A stretch of 52,668 nt of DNA, filler included, from Streblomastix strix (Eukaryota), in assembly GCA_008636045.1 (NCBI GenBank). It is 2 parts of 2 records of this genome, joined end to end, with 100 filler letters (N's around TTAATTAATTAA, not from the genome) between each part and the next. Parts side by side here need not be neighbours in the genome. Positions count along the whole stretch, not along the records: positions 1 to 26,313 come from SNRW01000169.1; positions 26,414 to 52,668 come from SNRW01000170.1. One strand, written 5' to 3'. This document shows positions 25,760-39,089 of the stretch, piece by piece; position 1 is the first letter of the stretch; each line of letters begins with the position of its first letter. The translations under genes and the position numbers were made by a program. The notes beneath the pieces were generated by a model, which saw only the letters and a list, made by a program, of their open reading frames with translations, was not told where the DNA came from and searched no databases.

Positions 25760-26313
25760 GATTGAATCTTTTTCATCAGTATTATTTATTTTAGCTGGAG
25801 CAGTTCTTTATTCATTATTGAAATATATTTATTAGAGATAACTTTAAATCGTTTCATCATCAGTTGCACTTGGAACTCAAATTCTTAACTATATTTCAGT
25901 ATCATTCTATAATTATTCATATAGAAAGAACTGCTGTAAATATTTATCTTTAATGATATTAATAACCAGTTTATTATCATCAGAAGCTTGGTTTGCATTA
26001 ATGATTATTTATGTAGTGAAAGAAAGTGATAAATTTATAAAATAACTTACATTAGAAGTGGAGATTACATTATTAGTGATTCGATAAATAATAACTTTAT
26101 ATGAACTAATTAAGATCATATTTAAATAAAAATAAAGATTAAAAGAATAATATGAAAAGAAAATTGAATTAATAAATCAATCATATGAATAAGGATTAAT
26201 TCTTTGTCCATTTTGTTCTTCCAACGAATAAGCTGAAGATGTTTAATATCATATTAATATATATCATAATGATTAATTACAATTATATATAGATATCAAA
26301 AATATAATTAAAA
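25760..26313 (+). pseudogene. Host gene fragment with a C2H2-like finger, cut by the contig end
   Basis: ...QGLILCPFCSSNEQAEDVQYHINIYHND... preceded by shifted coding-like sequence. Confidence 0.4.
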
Positions 26314-26413
26314 NNNNNNNNNNNNNNNNNNNNNNNNNNNNNNNNNNNNNNNNNNNNTTAATTAATTAANNNNNNNNNNNNNNNNNNNNNNNNNNNNNNN
26401 NNNNNNNNNNNNN
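26314..26413. other. Artificial contig-joining spacer
   Basis: 44 N + TTAATTAATTAA (six-frame stop linker) + 44 N = exactly 100 bp. Confidence 0.97.
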
Positions 26414-27459
26414 CTCTTGAGAATACTAATATTGTTTATCTATTATCTGAAAGCGGAGAAGTTAATAAGACTCTTGAATATCAGAGATATCATATAAGAT
26501 TTGAAAAAATGTAACACGCTGCTATCGATGATAAGATACCACAAAATTCAATTAGTTAAACTTGGAACAGCTAAATTTGATGTATTAGAGATATAAAACG
26601 TATGTTTCAATATTGAAAATGAAGAAGCAATAATTAGTATGATTCAATAACAAAAAATAATCAACTTTCCTACATAAGTATTTGGAACGTAATCATCAAG
26701 CTTTCCATTTAGTGGTTTTAGAGAAACGAGTTGTGCTATGTAAAGTATTATGCCATTCTCTAACATAAAGGCATTATTTATGACATTCACTATTCCCTAA
26801 TATCCAACATAATTTTTCCCTGCATTATTCACAGGATCAATGCTAATTATTGATTAGAATAACATTATCTCATAACCATATAAATCATTAAATTTAGCAA
26901 TTAATTTATAAATGTTTGATTTTTTCGTTGATTGAGACGTTGTTAGTGCCCAATCAGATCTATATCATTCACTTCCATTCGAGAAAATGAATTTTGATGA
27001 AAGAAAACATTAATATGGATTGATAGATATCAACGACTAATATAAAACTGCTAACATATTCTATTTAGCAACATTGCATAGTGGAAACAAAGCTATTAGA
27101 ACACTTTATTCTAACAAATATATGCTTGCATGGAAATTGGCTACTGATGATTCATTTATGCGAGGATATAACTCCTCAAAGCTATGTTCTAGAACTAATA
27201 TATAAGTGATTATGTAAGGAAATTTGACTAAAGGAATTATTGACACAACTAATATAAATCCATCATAAAACTAAAATGATACAAATAATTTATTGGTTCT
27301 AGAGCATATCCTGATCCTACAAAAGCATCTATTATTCCAATGAAGTATTACTTGAGTGATGTGTTTGTTAGAATTATATTTGATGAGAGTTGAATGCTAT
27401 AAATACTAAATATTGATGTTATTGGAGAGCTTGCTAATGGAGCTATTAAACTTCAATGA
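26414..27459 (+). pseudogene. Major-capsid-like protein type 2, C-terminal half
   Basis: INFPTQ, FSNIKALFMTF, YMLAWKLATDDSFMRGYNSSK, DVFVRIIFD..VIGEL. Homologous to 48938-50898. Frameshifts and TGAs present. Confidence 0.7.
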
Positions 27460-27482
27460 GCAGCTAAAAATAAATTTATTTT

Positions 27483-27608
27483 TCATCTACATATCTTTGA
27501 TTCGCAGGCATATTTGATTGCTGCTTCCCAAATAGTCTTAAAGATTGTGCGCCAGTTAATGTTTAATTAATCTAGAGCGTAAATGATTGTTCCATTAAAT
27601 CCATATAA
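27483..27608 (-). pseudogene. Conserved ~41-aa micro-ORF (start codon lost)
   Basis: GFNGTIIYALDQLNINWRTIFKTIWEAAIKYACESKICR*, homologous to 48795-48920. Confidence 0.75.
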
Positions 27609-27639
27609 TTTGTTTATTTTTTAAATTGTCATTCGCTAG

Positions 27640-28540
27640 CAATATTATTAATAAAATAAGTATATTTAATTTATACACTTAAAATAGCTGGTAATAATAT
27701 AAAAGAGTTAGAATTAATAATAATTTAGCCATATTAATTGGTTATGTAATCTAGACATCTATTGATATTATATGATGCAGTCATTAAATTTTATATAATT
27801 ATTGGTCCAGTAAATTTTGGTATAAAATCGTCATCAACAGTTCCTATTATGACGAGAATATCAGTTGACCCACCTAATGTAGTCCAATGAAGATATAAGC
27901 TAAAATAAGCGATGTCACTATTATGCATCACTAAAAAACCTTAGCTTTGCTCGACTACATTGTCACTCACATGAAATATACCACTTTTTTGATGTTAATG
28001 GTGGTATACGTTATTCATTAAATATTAATTAACTACTATCTTTATCGAAATACTATCCTCTATTAATATTATTAACAAGATTCATTTTTTATATCTAGAA
28101 TGTTCATTTAGTTCTACATCCTGTAGTTGTATTTGTTAATTTTTGCTTTAGTACAAAGTAAAATCATCGTACGCATTTGTTCTTACCTTTGGCAGAAAAT
28201 CATCCATATTCGATGTATCTCCATTAGCTAATAGAATTTAGCTATTTGTTCCACTTTATTTAATGAATTTACCAGCTATGAAAAGTTATAAAAATGAATT
28301 TACTCCAAGAATAAATTAATCAATATGTAAATTAACAAAATTGAAAGCATTCCTAAAGAATTAGCATAAAAAATTAAAGTACTTTATTATTTCATTATCA
28401 ATAGCTTATAATAATGTATTATATTCTTTAATTTATTCTTATTGATCTTCTTATTATTTTATTAATTTAATTACCTATTCTTACTATATAGATTATTTTT
28501 CTTCATCAATCATATCTAAATCACTTAATTATTAATCCAT
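27640..28540 (-). pseudogene. Fibre-like protein
   Basis: AGKFIKQSGTNSQILLANGDTSNMDDFLPK...LYLHWTTLGGSTDILVIIGTVDDDFIP. Homologous to 47966-48775 and shares the KFIK.GG..ILL motif with 51259-52290. Confidence 0.6.
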
Positions 28541-28556
28541 TTTATTACAAAAATAA

Positions 28557-29490
28557 TCATTCTTAAACATAGTGATATATACTATTAACTAGACATTTAT
28601 CATCAAATTGTCCAAATTAATTATATCTTGTTTGTACTTTCATATTTTTAACTGCATTTTTTAGTTAATAATATTTGGTTCGTTCATTTTCAGTAAAATT
28701 ACGACATAGATAATGAGAAATTCTATCACAAAGATCTTTCATCTGTTATGTGTACTATTTAATTGTTTCATCAATACGTCCATTATTTCTCATTTCAATG
28801 AATATTTTAACTTGTTACGGATTATGAGAAAAACCTCCATATCGTTTTAGTAACTTATAGTAAGGTTTATAAATTTTAAAGATTGTTCGTTAATAGAAAT
28901 CATCACCACATTAATAAATAAGTTCAAAGTGTGTCTCCTTTGGTATATTTTAAGGTTTCTCGAGCAATTTACTTTTAACAATTTTGGATTGGGCAAGCAT
29001 TTTTGTCTTCGGTAAAAATAGTTAAATGAAAAAAATGGATAAGCGTAATAATTGTTTCAAAAAATCATCTTTTGTTATCTTTGATTTAAGTGCATCAGTT
29101 AAACGAACAAAGTTCTTGTTAACACGATATAGTTTCTTAACAAAATTTAAAAGAACATAATCAAAAACTGATATTCTAACATTTATAATTAATACGTCCA
29201 TTAATCTTATTAAATCTTTCGTTTTATGTAATTTAACTATATATGAATGAGATCTCATTAATGGTTCTTTTAATACAATTTCTATATCTTTTTCATTCTA
29301 TTAAGTAATTAGTGACCATAGTTTAATAAAATTATCAGATGAAAGTATAAAATCATTACCTCTTTTTCTTGAAGTAACTGTAGCCCAAAATCGATTAATA
29401 AAGAATTTCATAACTTCATGATTTGGTTGAGAAAGATAAATATTTTTAACTACTTCCTCAAGGTATACTTATGCAGCTGTTCGAAATATT
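28557..29490 (-). pseudogene. Hypothetical viral protein
   Basis: Two long open stretches joined by one frameshift near 29020 (FRTAAQVYLEEVVKNIY...; ...NSIYHYVQE*). Confidence 0.6.
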
Positions 29491-29529
29491 TGTTTATATA
29501 TATATTTATTATATTAATTTTATTCTTAA

Positions 29530-29790
29530 TAATTTTTATAATGAAACGATCAGTAATTCAGGAGTTACTGGAATAATTTCATTCTCAATTTAAATTATAT
29601 TTTCTTTTGGTTTAATCGTTTCGTCAATGGTAGGCATTGATTTAGTTGCATTTGCCAGAACCTTCGGTTATTCCACTTATTGCATCATCGATCAATTGCA
29701 ATCTTATTTTATCTTCATCCGTAAGTTCTTTATATTTAATCATTCACTTATTTTTGGTTTTTGACATTCGAATTGAATTTTTTTCTATGA
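29530..29790 (-). pseudogene. Small hypothetical viral protein
   Basis: KYKELTDEDKIRLQLIDDA... / PKVLANATKSMPTIDETIKPKE. Frameshifted. Confidence 0.4.
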
Positions 29791-29809
29791 CCTTTATCAT
29801 TTTCTTTAT

Positions 29810-30850
29810 TTAAAACATTTAAATAGACTTACAACAGGCATTAAAGAAATAATAGAGAATGGAACAAATATTGAATATTTTGACAACGGAAATATAATCA
29901 AAAATAATAAAGATATTAAAATGTTCGAAGATGGAAAGAAGACACTAAAAAAATTAACTCAAACATATTTGAATAAGTTTTTGTTATTAGCACGTGGAGG
30001 GGGGTATGGACCAAAAAAGTATAAAAAATGACATTAAAAATTAACTGGTGATATCCGCGACGCTGGCATTCTGTAGGAAGAAGAAGTAGATTTTATATCT
30101 TATGAACCATAGGAGGATTAAAATGAAAGCAATGAAACATCAATAATCGAAGTTAGTGAAAACCATTAAAGAAATAAGTTAGGAAAGAAGTTGTAAAAAC
30201 ATCAAAAACACCACAAATTAATTATTCTAATCCCCATTTTGGTTTGGAGGAATTAATAGGGTTGAGAACTGAAAATTCATTTATTAAATAATAACATTTA
30301 GATGAATTTAAACGAAAATATAAATATAAATTAAAAGTGAAACTGTATAAGTAACTACAAAGTGTCAACTCAAATGAGTAAGCAAGTTCCTTGCTGAAGG
30401 CTACGCCGCTACCAAAATAGTTTAATGAAAAGACTAAGTAATTGAATAAGCTCCGCACGAATGCTAAGAGGAATCTGTATAGTTCGAAGAATAAGATAAA
30501 AATATTAATTTTGAATTATATTGATACGATTATTTTTTTGATCCTATAATAAAATGAATTAATATATTCTCAGAACTATTGAAGAAATTTATAGTGCAAT
30601 GACAAATAAGTATTACTTATTAAATAAGTAATTGAACGATCATAAATTTATAATTTAAACTGAAAATATAATTACTGATGCAATGTGAAATGAGTTAGAC
30701 TTAATATTTGAAATAATAGTAAATTTAGACATAATAATAAAATTATTTAAATTAATTTGATCTGAATTATTATTTTTGTTCCCTGTTTAAAATAAACAAA
30801 CAAATATATGTGTATTTGAAATAATTAGAACCAAAATTATTATAAGAATA
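29810..30850 (+). pseudogene. Hypothetical Lys-rich viral protein
   Basis: About 250 codons nearly open (GIKEIIENG...LARGGGYGPKKY...LNKLRTNAKRNLYSSK), then decayed. Confidence 0.5.
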
Positions 30851-30896
30851 CTAACTACTTAATAATGAAATTAATAACATAAAGACAAAGAAAAAA

Positions 30897-32150
30897 ATGC
30901 TTCAAATCTATATTTTATGTTAGATCATGTACGTGACATAATACTTATATCTGAAGCATATCTTTAAAACAAAACTTAGTCTAACGTTAATAACTGAGCT
31001 ATCTCCTCTTAAATTTATTTTTTTACTTACTCTTTAGACTATATTTGTTTAAATTGAGAGTGCTAAATTTCAGTGCTGCGATTCATAATTGTATGACAAT
31101 TATAAATTGACATATGTTATATTTTGTTATATTAATTAAAATGGACCTTATATTATATGTTATGGACAGATTCCATCAATTACTGCTCCCGAATTTAATA
31201 TAACTTATTATGATTAGTATAATTCATCAAAGAAAATAACTTATGATGCGAATAATGACGAAAAAATAGACATTATGGGTAAATGGAATGCTATTGGAAA
31301 TTGTTAATTTGAAGCATAATCGTATGTCTATGAAATATTTAAAATGTAAACAGATTTAATCGAAGCAGGAGTACAAGGACTTAATTGAATTAATTATTTA
31401 TACAGTGAAATTAAACTAATAGATGAATAAATGATATGTAAAACAGATAGAGCAGCATATTTATTAAAGATGGACCGTTTATCATAAATAAATTTTGGAG
31501 CAAAATTAGCATAATTAGGCGCCAATACTGAGACACAATAAATTGTATATATATTGTTTTCGACAATCAGTAAAAAATTTCTTCCAAATAATTTGAAATA
31601 TAAATGTATTCATGCAGAATAGCAGAAGTTTTCCATTATATGTTTGTTCAAAGATATATATGATAAATCATTAGCTGTGTAGGTGGCCATTAGTGGATAA
31701 TTAAATATGTTTAATTGTTAATTTTAAGGAACGTATGCAGTTGATAACTATACCGACGAATCAGAATCAAATGAAACATATACTGAAGATGTAGAACCTC
31801 ACTTCGACGTAGTAATGATAAAACATGAAGAATAATTAGGTTCATCACCACAACCACAATATACGATAACAAATGTCTATAATCAGTTTATAACTAATGA
31901 TTTTTTCCTTCATCAGCATATAAAACGTTCTATATCGTTGATGATGGCACTTGCAGAGTATGCATATTCAATCTATACTTCGAATCAAATGGTTTGCAAG
32001 GGAGAACATAAGAAGTAGATCGAATTCAGGATTAGATAATATCTGCTTATGGTAAAAGTTTGAGATTCACAGTGGCTATATTTGGAACATAGGGTGGAAG
32101 ATAGAATAATTTTTCAGTGAATTTTTTTTGTAAATGCTTAATATAAAATG
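30897..32150 (+). pseudogene. Hypothetical viral protein
   Basis: Coding-like, e.g. NGPYIICYGQIPSITAPEFNITYYD... and AYGKSLRFTVAIFGTQGG, with shifts and stops. Confidence 0.5.
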
Positions 32151-32239
32151 CTCTACTTTTAACTATCAAAATCTTAAAAGTCAATTCCATAAGATTCAGC
32201 TGATGTCTTTAAATATTGCGCTAGTGGAATGTATTATTT

Positions 32240-32398
32240 GTGAAAAAAACATTAATAAAAAGCGATTTTTGGCACGCATAAATGGCGTGGTTAATGAATA
32301 ATTTTAAATTGTTCCGAGTGTTCCGAGTATTCTGAGTCAAATAGGTTCTAAAAAAAATGCCATTCAATCCGTCAAATAGTAGAAACATGAAAAATTAA
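32240..32398 (-). repeat. Intergenic repeat M1 (reverse orientation)
   Basis: TTGGCACGCATAAATGG...GTTCCGAGTGTTCCGAGTATTCTGAGTCAAA...CATGAAAAATTAA is an inverted match to 32810-32970. Confidence 0.85.
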
Positions 32399-32459
32399 AA
32401 CAATTTACTCAAATCCAAAATTATATATATATAAATTTTATTTTTATTAAAAATAAACG

Positions 32460-32792
32460 ATGGTGATTGGTATCTATCATAAAATCAAATAATTTGTTTA
32501 AAAAGTTGGGAAAGGTCTTTATTTGGCTAATGATAATATTTATAAACAGTTCATAAAACCATTTGCTAAACCAAAACTTGCGGCTTTCGGTCGTGTAGGC
32601 TAAACATCAGGTAAAGATTTAGTTGTTGCGAGTTCATTTCTTGATTATGGTTATGGTACAGATAATAATTGTTAAATTAGTTAAGATTTTGATATGTTAA
32701 GAATCGAAGAATATTTAAGATAAAAATTGCCTTTAGATATATAGAATAGAAGTAAATAATATAGAAACAATGATAAATAAAATAATTAATGA
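32460..32792 (+). CDS. 110-aa protein with N-terminal basic amphipathic helix (candidate membrane-penetration protein)
   Basis: Intact under the Gln code: MVIGIYHKIKQFVQKVGKGLYLANDNIYKQFIKPFAKP...*. Confidence 0.7.
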
Positions 32793-32809
32793 AAAAGAAA
32801 ATAGTTAAC

Positions 32810-32970
32810 TTAATTTTTCATGCTTCGAATATCTTTCGCATTGACTGACATTTTTCATAGAATTCGTTTGACTTGGAACACTCGGAACACTCGGAACTCT
32901 CAAAAATCACTCAATAACCACTTAATTTTCTCGTGCCAATTTCAATGAAATAATTGATGTTTTATGACTC
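32810..32970 (+). repeat. Intergenic repeat M2 (forward)
   Basis: TTAATTTTTCATG...TTTGACTTGGAACACTCGGAACACTCGGAACTCTCAAAA...TTTTCTCGTGCCAA...TGATGTTTTATGACTC. Confidence 0.85.
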
Positions 32971-33038
32971 TGTGTTTCATTAATCAACGTTATTATGTTT
33001 CATTAAGTATTTATTTAACTGTTTTGTTTTTGTATTGA

Positions 33039-34755
33039 ATGTAAAAGATGAAAAGATTGTTAATGAAAGCCTCACATTTACAACAAGTAGGAACAATTGA
33101 AGAGACATTATTGGGTAATGCAATCGCTCCATTCGCTAATGATGGAGAACATCATTATTCTATCAAGGAATTCAAACTTGAATAATAAATGCCAGTGTTA
33201 CTTGATAAAAAGATGTTCATTAGTTTATCTGACACAGACAACGACATCATATAGATTTAAAATTCATTCTTATCGGTAGTGCTAACTATTAATACCTAAC
33301 TTGATAATAAATTTGATAAAATTGATGAATCATATAACGATGGATTGGTTCTATTTGTTGGTCTCAAATCAGGTTCAAATCTTATTAGAGAATACATCAT
33401 CTATAACTAAGGTTAAACCATTGATGGAAGTCTACAAAATGATATAAGAACCGAATCATTCATTTATTATACAATTAAGTTAAAAGCGAGAAAAATAATA
33501 GAATATATATATTCTCTTTATGAAAATATTTATAATTCTGATATTTCTGCATGTGGAACATATATAAATATGCGAGAGATTGAAGAATTAATAGGAAATC
33601 AAACATCTGTTCCATATGCAGTTCCAATACTTTTCAGAGTTAGTATTCCACTTGATGATCTCTTGACATTCTCTGCATTTACTGATTATCCTAATGGCTT
33701 ATTTAGTGATTTAAAAATAAAATTAAAAATAAATCCTCATGAATTCGTTTTCTGCTAAGTGAATCCAATTATTTCAATGGCAAAATATTATACAATGAAT
33801 AAAGATGAGTTATTGGGTTGGTTAGTAGAAGTTAGTGGATATTGATTTGATGATCAGAAATTGGAGTATAGTATTCTAATATACTATATAATTTACATAA
33901 CTTGGATGCATTTCTGACTTGATAACAGGATTACATGAGGGACCACTAATTGAATCAAAATTGAAAAATTTAGTATGTGACATCAAATAAGTTACCATGA
34001 GCATAAAAATTTATGTAATTTTTGATGTAACGACTAATATGGCGGGTTATAAAGCTACAGATGAATGCCTTAATCGAGTCCAATAATTCTACAGCTAACG
34101 CTTATTTGTTTTTTCTGCATAACAAATAGAAATATGACCATTTCCAACGTCTGGTACATTAATGGGAATTCAAACTTCTTAAAATAATCCTCTGTCTCAC
34201 GTAACTGATTTCTGTCCTCAAATTCTGAAAGATACTAGAGCTACTACTTGCTTTGAAAGTTCAAGCTATTAGAACAAGTAAATAACTACCAATAATCGCA
34301 ACCTTCTAGATATGCCAATGAATACGCTTGACTAACAATTCTTCTAAATTTAACTCAATGCGAAAAATCTTGACCTATTATTCGAAGCTACTGATGAATT
34401 TGATGATGCTATATCAATGCCAAGTAATACAGCAGCTCGAAGATTGAATCCTCTCTATGATTTAGCAAGTTTTTTAATAACACATTAATGTGAAAGGAAC
34501 AGCAATGAAGCATTAACTTTCGATGGACTAGACATTTAGAACCAAAACGCTTCTGTCGATTTCAGAGGAGAACCAATATATTAAGGAGCTATAGATTCAT
34601 ATTATAATATAGATATCAGTGGAAAGATACCAGTACCTCCAATTCTATGTACAGTTCATGATACATTTTGGTTGTTTTCACCCGCTGCAGGCGGAAGCTG
34701 TATATATGGTACTAACCGTTCATTTGATGATGTTATTGGATCACTCAGTTCTTGA
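33039..34755 (+). pseudogene. Major capsid protein type 1 (double jelly-roll inferred, metamonad Maverick type)
   Basis: LFVGLKSGSNLIREY, TESFIY, SLYEN, CGTYI, SIPLDDLLTFSAFTDYPNGLFSDLKI, CERNS..TFDGLD, PPIL...DTFWLFS. This motif order matches recalled Trichomonas-type Maverick capsids. ~570 codons with several shifts. Confidence 0.8.
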
Positions 34756-34869
34756 AACAATTAAGTCATAAATTGAGAATATATATATATAACTTACACC
34801 TAATCATTAATGTAGTTAATTAAATAATTTATTAGATATATGAATTATTTTTTATTTATTTTATAATAA

Positions 34870-35265
34870 ATGTCTTCAAATAAGGCTTCAGTTTAAAATT
34901 TATCAAATTGCACTTTAAAAAAAAAAGATGGAGTTGCTATCGCATAGAAAGATTAGATTGGATTTGATTTTGCATTACCATATGCGTTTGTAAATTCAGA
35001 TAATTAAAGAAAAATAATATTCTGCTAATGTCATTGTTCAAACTAAGGCACTAACGAGAACATAAGCGTTCATAATTCAACGATTCGAGAAGAATAGTAT
35101 TTCAATTAATTCGTTGGCTATTGTAATGAATAACGAGTTTATAAGCCTTTCATCAAATACAACCACAACAGATATTTATATGTTTGGTTCGGTTAAAATT
35201 AAGAATTATTGGACATAAATTAAAATTAATTAAAATTTATTCTTGAGTTGATGCTAGAATACTGA
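34870..35265 (+). CDS. 131-aa beta-rich protein, probable minor capsid (penton-like)
   Basis: Intact ORF right after MCP: FDFALPYAFVNS...FNQFVGYCNE...YVWF...KFILELMLEY*. The penton call is inference from position and recalled Maverick homologues. Confidence 0.6.
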
Positions 35266-35420
35266 AAAGTCTAGTGCTAAAATTTTGGTAGTAAGTTGAC
35301 GCGTGTATTTTTGTTTAAATCATCGGGTCGCGCTAGGTGGAGAAAAAGCCCCCTAGAAATATGATTTATAAATTAATCGTTTTATTTTTTTATAAATGTA
35401 ACTTTTTATCAGTATATAAA

Positions 35421-36270
35421 ATGGAAGCACAAGCTGCAGCTACTCAACAAATTACATCAAACAATGATATTATCACATTTGGTTCATATATGATGTTTAT
35501 AATAATAATTCGTGAAAATGATGGATATATTAATGCAACAAAATTAATAGCTTAAATTAATGAACGAAAATATACGAACAAATAATTATGAAATGTAATA
35601 AGACACCCAATGAATAGAGACTACAAGTAATTTTTGAAAGAATAATCGGCTGGTTCACTTATGAGCAAGTACCTTCTTGAATATCAATTAGTGAATGAAT
35701 ATATAAATGATGTTAGAGGAATATATATTCGTAAAGATTTAATTAATATAATACATATAAAAACACCAATACAATATTTATATCTTATTAATTAGATAAT
35801 GAATGTATTTAATGAAATCGTATAAATCGAATTCTAAGCTCAAGACTATTAGACATTCATGGCTGATTTTGTGGAAGAAAAGGTTTAAATAATAATTGAA
35901 GAATAAAAAGTTTAATTGATTAAATAGATAAGGAAATAAATAATTGGAAATATATGCTGTCCCAAATGGTTATCAAACAGATTATGCGTTCGCAGTTCAA
36001 GTTGAAGATGATGACAAAAATAATACAATTTTAAAGGTTCGAAGAAGAAATAAGAAACGTATTAGCCATAAATTGAAGCAAGAATTAAAAGATGCATTGT
36101 TATATTACGATTAGGAATGTTTTGCTATGACCAAAAATGAATCCATCAAAGATTAATTATAAGAAACATTTAGAGATTAAATATAATCTCATAAGTGCAA
36201 ATTCATCTTTAAACCTGAATTAATGGATGAAGTCAATAATTTTATAATGCATAAGATGGAAGACAAATGA
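35421..36270 (+). pseudogene. KilA-N domain protein
   Basis: IIIRENDGYINATKL ... VRGIYIRKDLINII, then coiled coil and a C-terminal domain. One TGA and one frameshift. Confidence 0.85.
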
Positions 36271-36302
36271 ACAGTATTTTAATTTATTTTTGTTGAAATA
36301 AA

Positions 36303-36660
36303 ATGGAAAGAATATTATTTTTCAACAGAAAACAATTAACTCTCTTCAAACTAATAAATAGAAACGGAGGAATAGGAAGAAATTCCACTCGAGGAGGTGG
36401 TCGAAGGATAGATTAATGGAGCTAAATATTTTGAGAGTTTAAGCGACTTCAAATAATTTATTTCCTAAAATCAATAATAATTATCTAAACAAACAACGTA
36501 AAAATTATATAAATTATATAAATTGGACGGCTATAAGTTATCAAAAATAGAAGGTCAAGTATGCATAACAACTTGAATTACAGATTAATTGAATAGGATT
36601 TAGTAAAAATTAGACAAATTTTTGGACGTTCTGAGTCATTTAGTCGAAGAGCTGAAATGA
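36303..36660 (+). pseudogene. Small hypothetical Maverick protein
   Basis: KYFESLSDFKQFISQNQQQLSKQTTQKLYKLYKLDGYKLSKIEGQVCI... ending in TGA at 36658-36660. Confidence 0.55.
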
Positions 36661-36870
36661 ATGACTTTTGAATGTTCCGAATCAAATGAGATCCATTTAA
36701 AATGCCAGTTTATGCATCAGAGTCGAAAATGTTAATGAAAAGCGTTAATTTGACTAGAGAAAATGGAATCGATTATGATTATCTTAAATATTGTCCGAAT
36801 GCCCCAACCTAAAGAGCATTTTTAACTAATTATAGAAATTAGCTACCAATATGCTAATCTGCCAAATTTT
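36657..36870 (-). repeat. Intergenic repeat M3 (reverse, degenerate, partly tandem)
   Basis: ATGACTTTTGAATGTTCCGAATCAAA and GAGTC...GAGAAAATGGA...CCGAAT. Loose inverted match to 38880-39030. Confidence 0.6.
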
Positions 36871-36889
36871 AATGTTGATCTTTTGCGTA

Positions 36890-37722
36890 TCAAATTATTT
36901 TAACATTTATTCCACTTAATTCATATTATACCACTAACGCATATTATTTAGTTAGTCGTAAGTACTCATACAATATTGTTTTTTTAGCTGATGGTATAGA
37001 TGGTTAATAGAAAAATTAATTAAATTTTAATCAACTAAATGAAACAAAGAATCATAATGAATCAGGATTTGATTTAATAGCAGTGTATAAACCAATGATG
37101 TCTTATAAACAAAAGAGGTGTGTTATTCCAATATATTTGTTCTTAAATAACTGCTAAAATAAATGATTATATATATATATGTATTTATTGCTTCATCAAA
37201 TAAAACAATATTATGGAGAAATTTAACGTCAAAATTTCCTTTTCCATTTGCTCCAAACATATTGGTTAATATTTCATCATTTGCTTGTTCAGATAATTCT
37301 TTTTATTATTATTTTCCTAATATTTCATTATATACATGTTTACATTCTATAAAATCATTCAGAACTTATTTTTCTTCAGCACATGGAACAATTTTAGTTA
37401 GAATTTTAATTAAATCTTTCATTTATTTATAAGTAATGTCATTTTTTTAGTCGCTGAAGCATATAAATTAAGCGTAACAATGCTTTTTTAATTAGCTCAA
37501 TTTAAATAGCTCTTTGAAAACATTGTATGTCTTACCACTACCACGCTATCTTATCAATAAATTTACAGAGTTATATGTATAATTTAATTCTTTATGAATA
37601 ATTGTTTAAATTTCATGCATATTAACTTTTATTTCTATATGCATGCTATCTTCTTTTTTACGTTAAACTCACTATTTTTACATAATAAAACATTTTTTCA
37701 GTAAGAATTAGAATGTTTTCAT
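36890..37722 (-). pseudogene. A32-like (FtsK/HerA) DNA packaging ATPase
   Basis: NSVNLLIRQRGSGKTYNVFKELFKL (Walker A, first Gly mutated), HNIVLFDEA (Walker B), ITHLFCLQD, IKSN. Frameshift near 37445 and TGAs. Confidence 0.85.
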
Positions 37723-37754
37723 AAACAGAATAGCAAATTCAATAAATAGTCAAT

Positions 37755-38830
37755 ATGGAAGAAGCAATCGCAACACAAGAATTTGAATCAAAAGGAAGCT
37801 AATGTTCAGGTAGATAATCAGGTGCTGGTGGTAGTTTGATAGAAGTTGATAAAATGGAGGATGATTACGATTAATACAAGTCACATCCTGCAGGAAAGGA
37901 CAGAATGAAATCACGAGCAAAACCGTTTGAAAGGCTGTCGTTCCATCCATCAATGATTCAAAGTGCAAGAAAGCGTGAGGTCCATAATTTAGAGAAGAGG
38001 AGGAGGATGTCCTTGTTACACTTGTTGCTAATTTAAGCAGAGATACTAAAAAGATTAACAGGTTATCATCTACCGTTAGTGCATAAAAATATATTTTAGA
38101 TAAACATTTGGGCAAACGATTTAGTGTTTCAAAATATTACTTAGATAATAATGAAGCCACTCCTGATAATGTGATTATTTATGAAAAGAAAAAAATGCAA
38201 TTAATTCAGTCAATGGTTTTACAACAGCTGGAAGATTTGGTGATAAATACCAATAAGATAAAAGAAATTTGAAGAAATAATATTATACAGATGTTAATGA
38301 ATTAGAACAAACAGCATTTACAGCGAAATTAAAATAATAAGGAATAAATGGTGGTCCTTATATGAATTGGCTATCAATAACTAAGTCCCATAAAGTAAGA
38401 GAAATAAAACTACATGGTTTCAGAGCATTCGCTGTCGATGCAAAAAAAAATTATGGACCAAAATGGAGATGCAAATTTCTCAATGGTTACCAAATAACAA
38501 ATAATGGCTTTTGTTTGGAATTATGTATTTATTACTCCTTCTGTTGGAATATTAGAATAGTTAGTCGGAAAAATAGATTTATAAAACAGAAATAATAAAT
38601 TAAATGAAAAATTTAGAGAGTACGAATAGTTGCCAATTGCTAAAAGAATTTATAAGAAAAAATTGCCATCCATTATTGTTTGACTATATATTGATTAGCA
38701 GACTAATAATAAGATTGCATAGGCTCTTGGATATGCTATGTAATTTTATAGAAATATCTTAACTTAAATTTAACAAAACATCAATGGTTATGAATTAGCT
38801 AGATACAAGTTCGCTTAAAATAATCAATGA
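37755..38830 (+). pseudogene. Hypothetical Maverick protein
   Basis: MEEAIATQEFESKG...YLDNNEATPDNVIIYE../YSVNGF..., multiple frameshifts. Confidence 0.55.
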
Positions 38831-38879
38831 AAAATAATAAAATTAACGTTGTAAATAAGCATATATTTATTTTTTCTCA

Positions 38880-39030
38880 ATTGTTAGCCAAATGTCCAGT
38901 TGGCCACAGCATTTTATAAAAGTTTCTGACTCGATGCACTCGATGTATTCGGTGAAGTCAAAAGTCGTTCACTAACCAATCCATTTTCTCGTGCCATTTT
39001 CAAAAATGCTGACGCTGCTTTGTGACTCGA
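38880..39030 (+). repeat. Intergenic repeat M4 (forward)
   Basis: CAGCATTTT..AAAGTTTCTGACTCGATGCACTCGATGTATTCGG..TCAAAAGTC...CCATTTTCTCGTGCCA...TGACTCG. Confidence 0.8.
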
Positions 39031-39089
39031 TACGCACAATAACAATCCAGTCTATTAATGTAATTATTTTTTATTTTTATTTTTAATGA

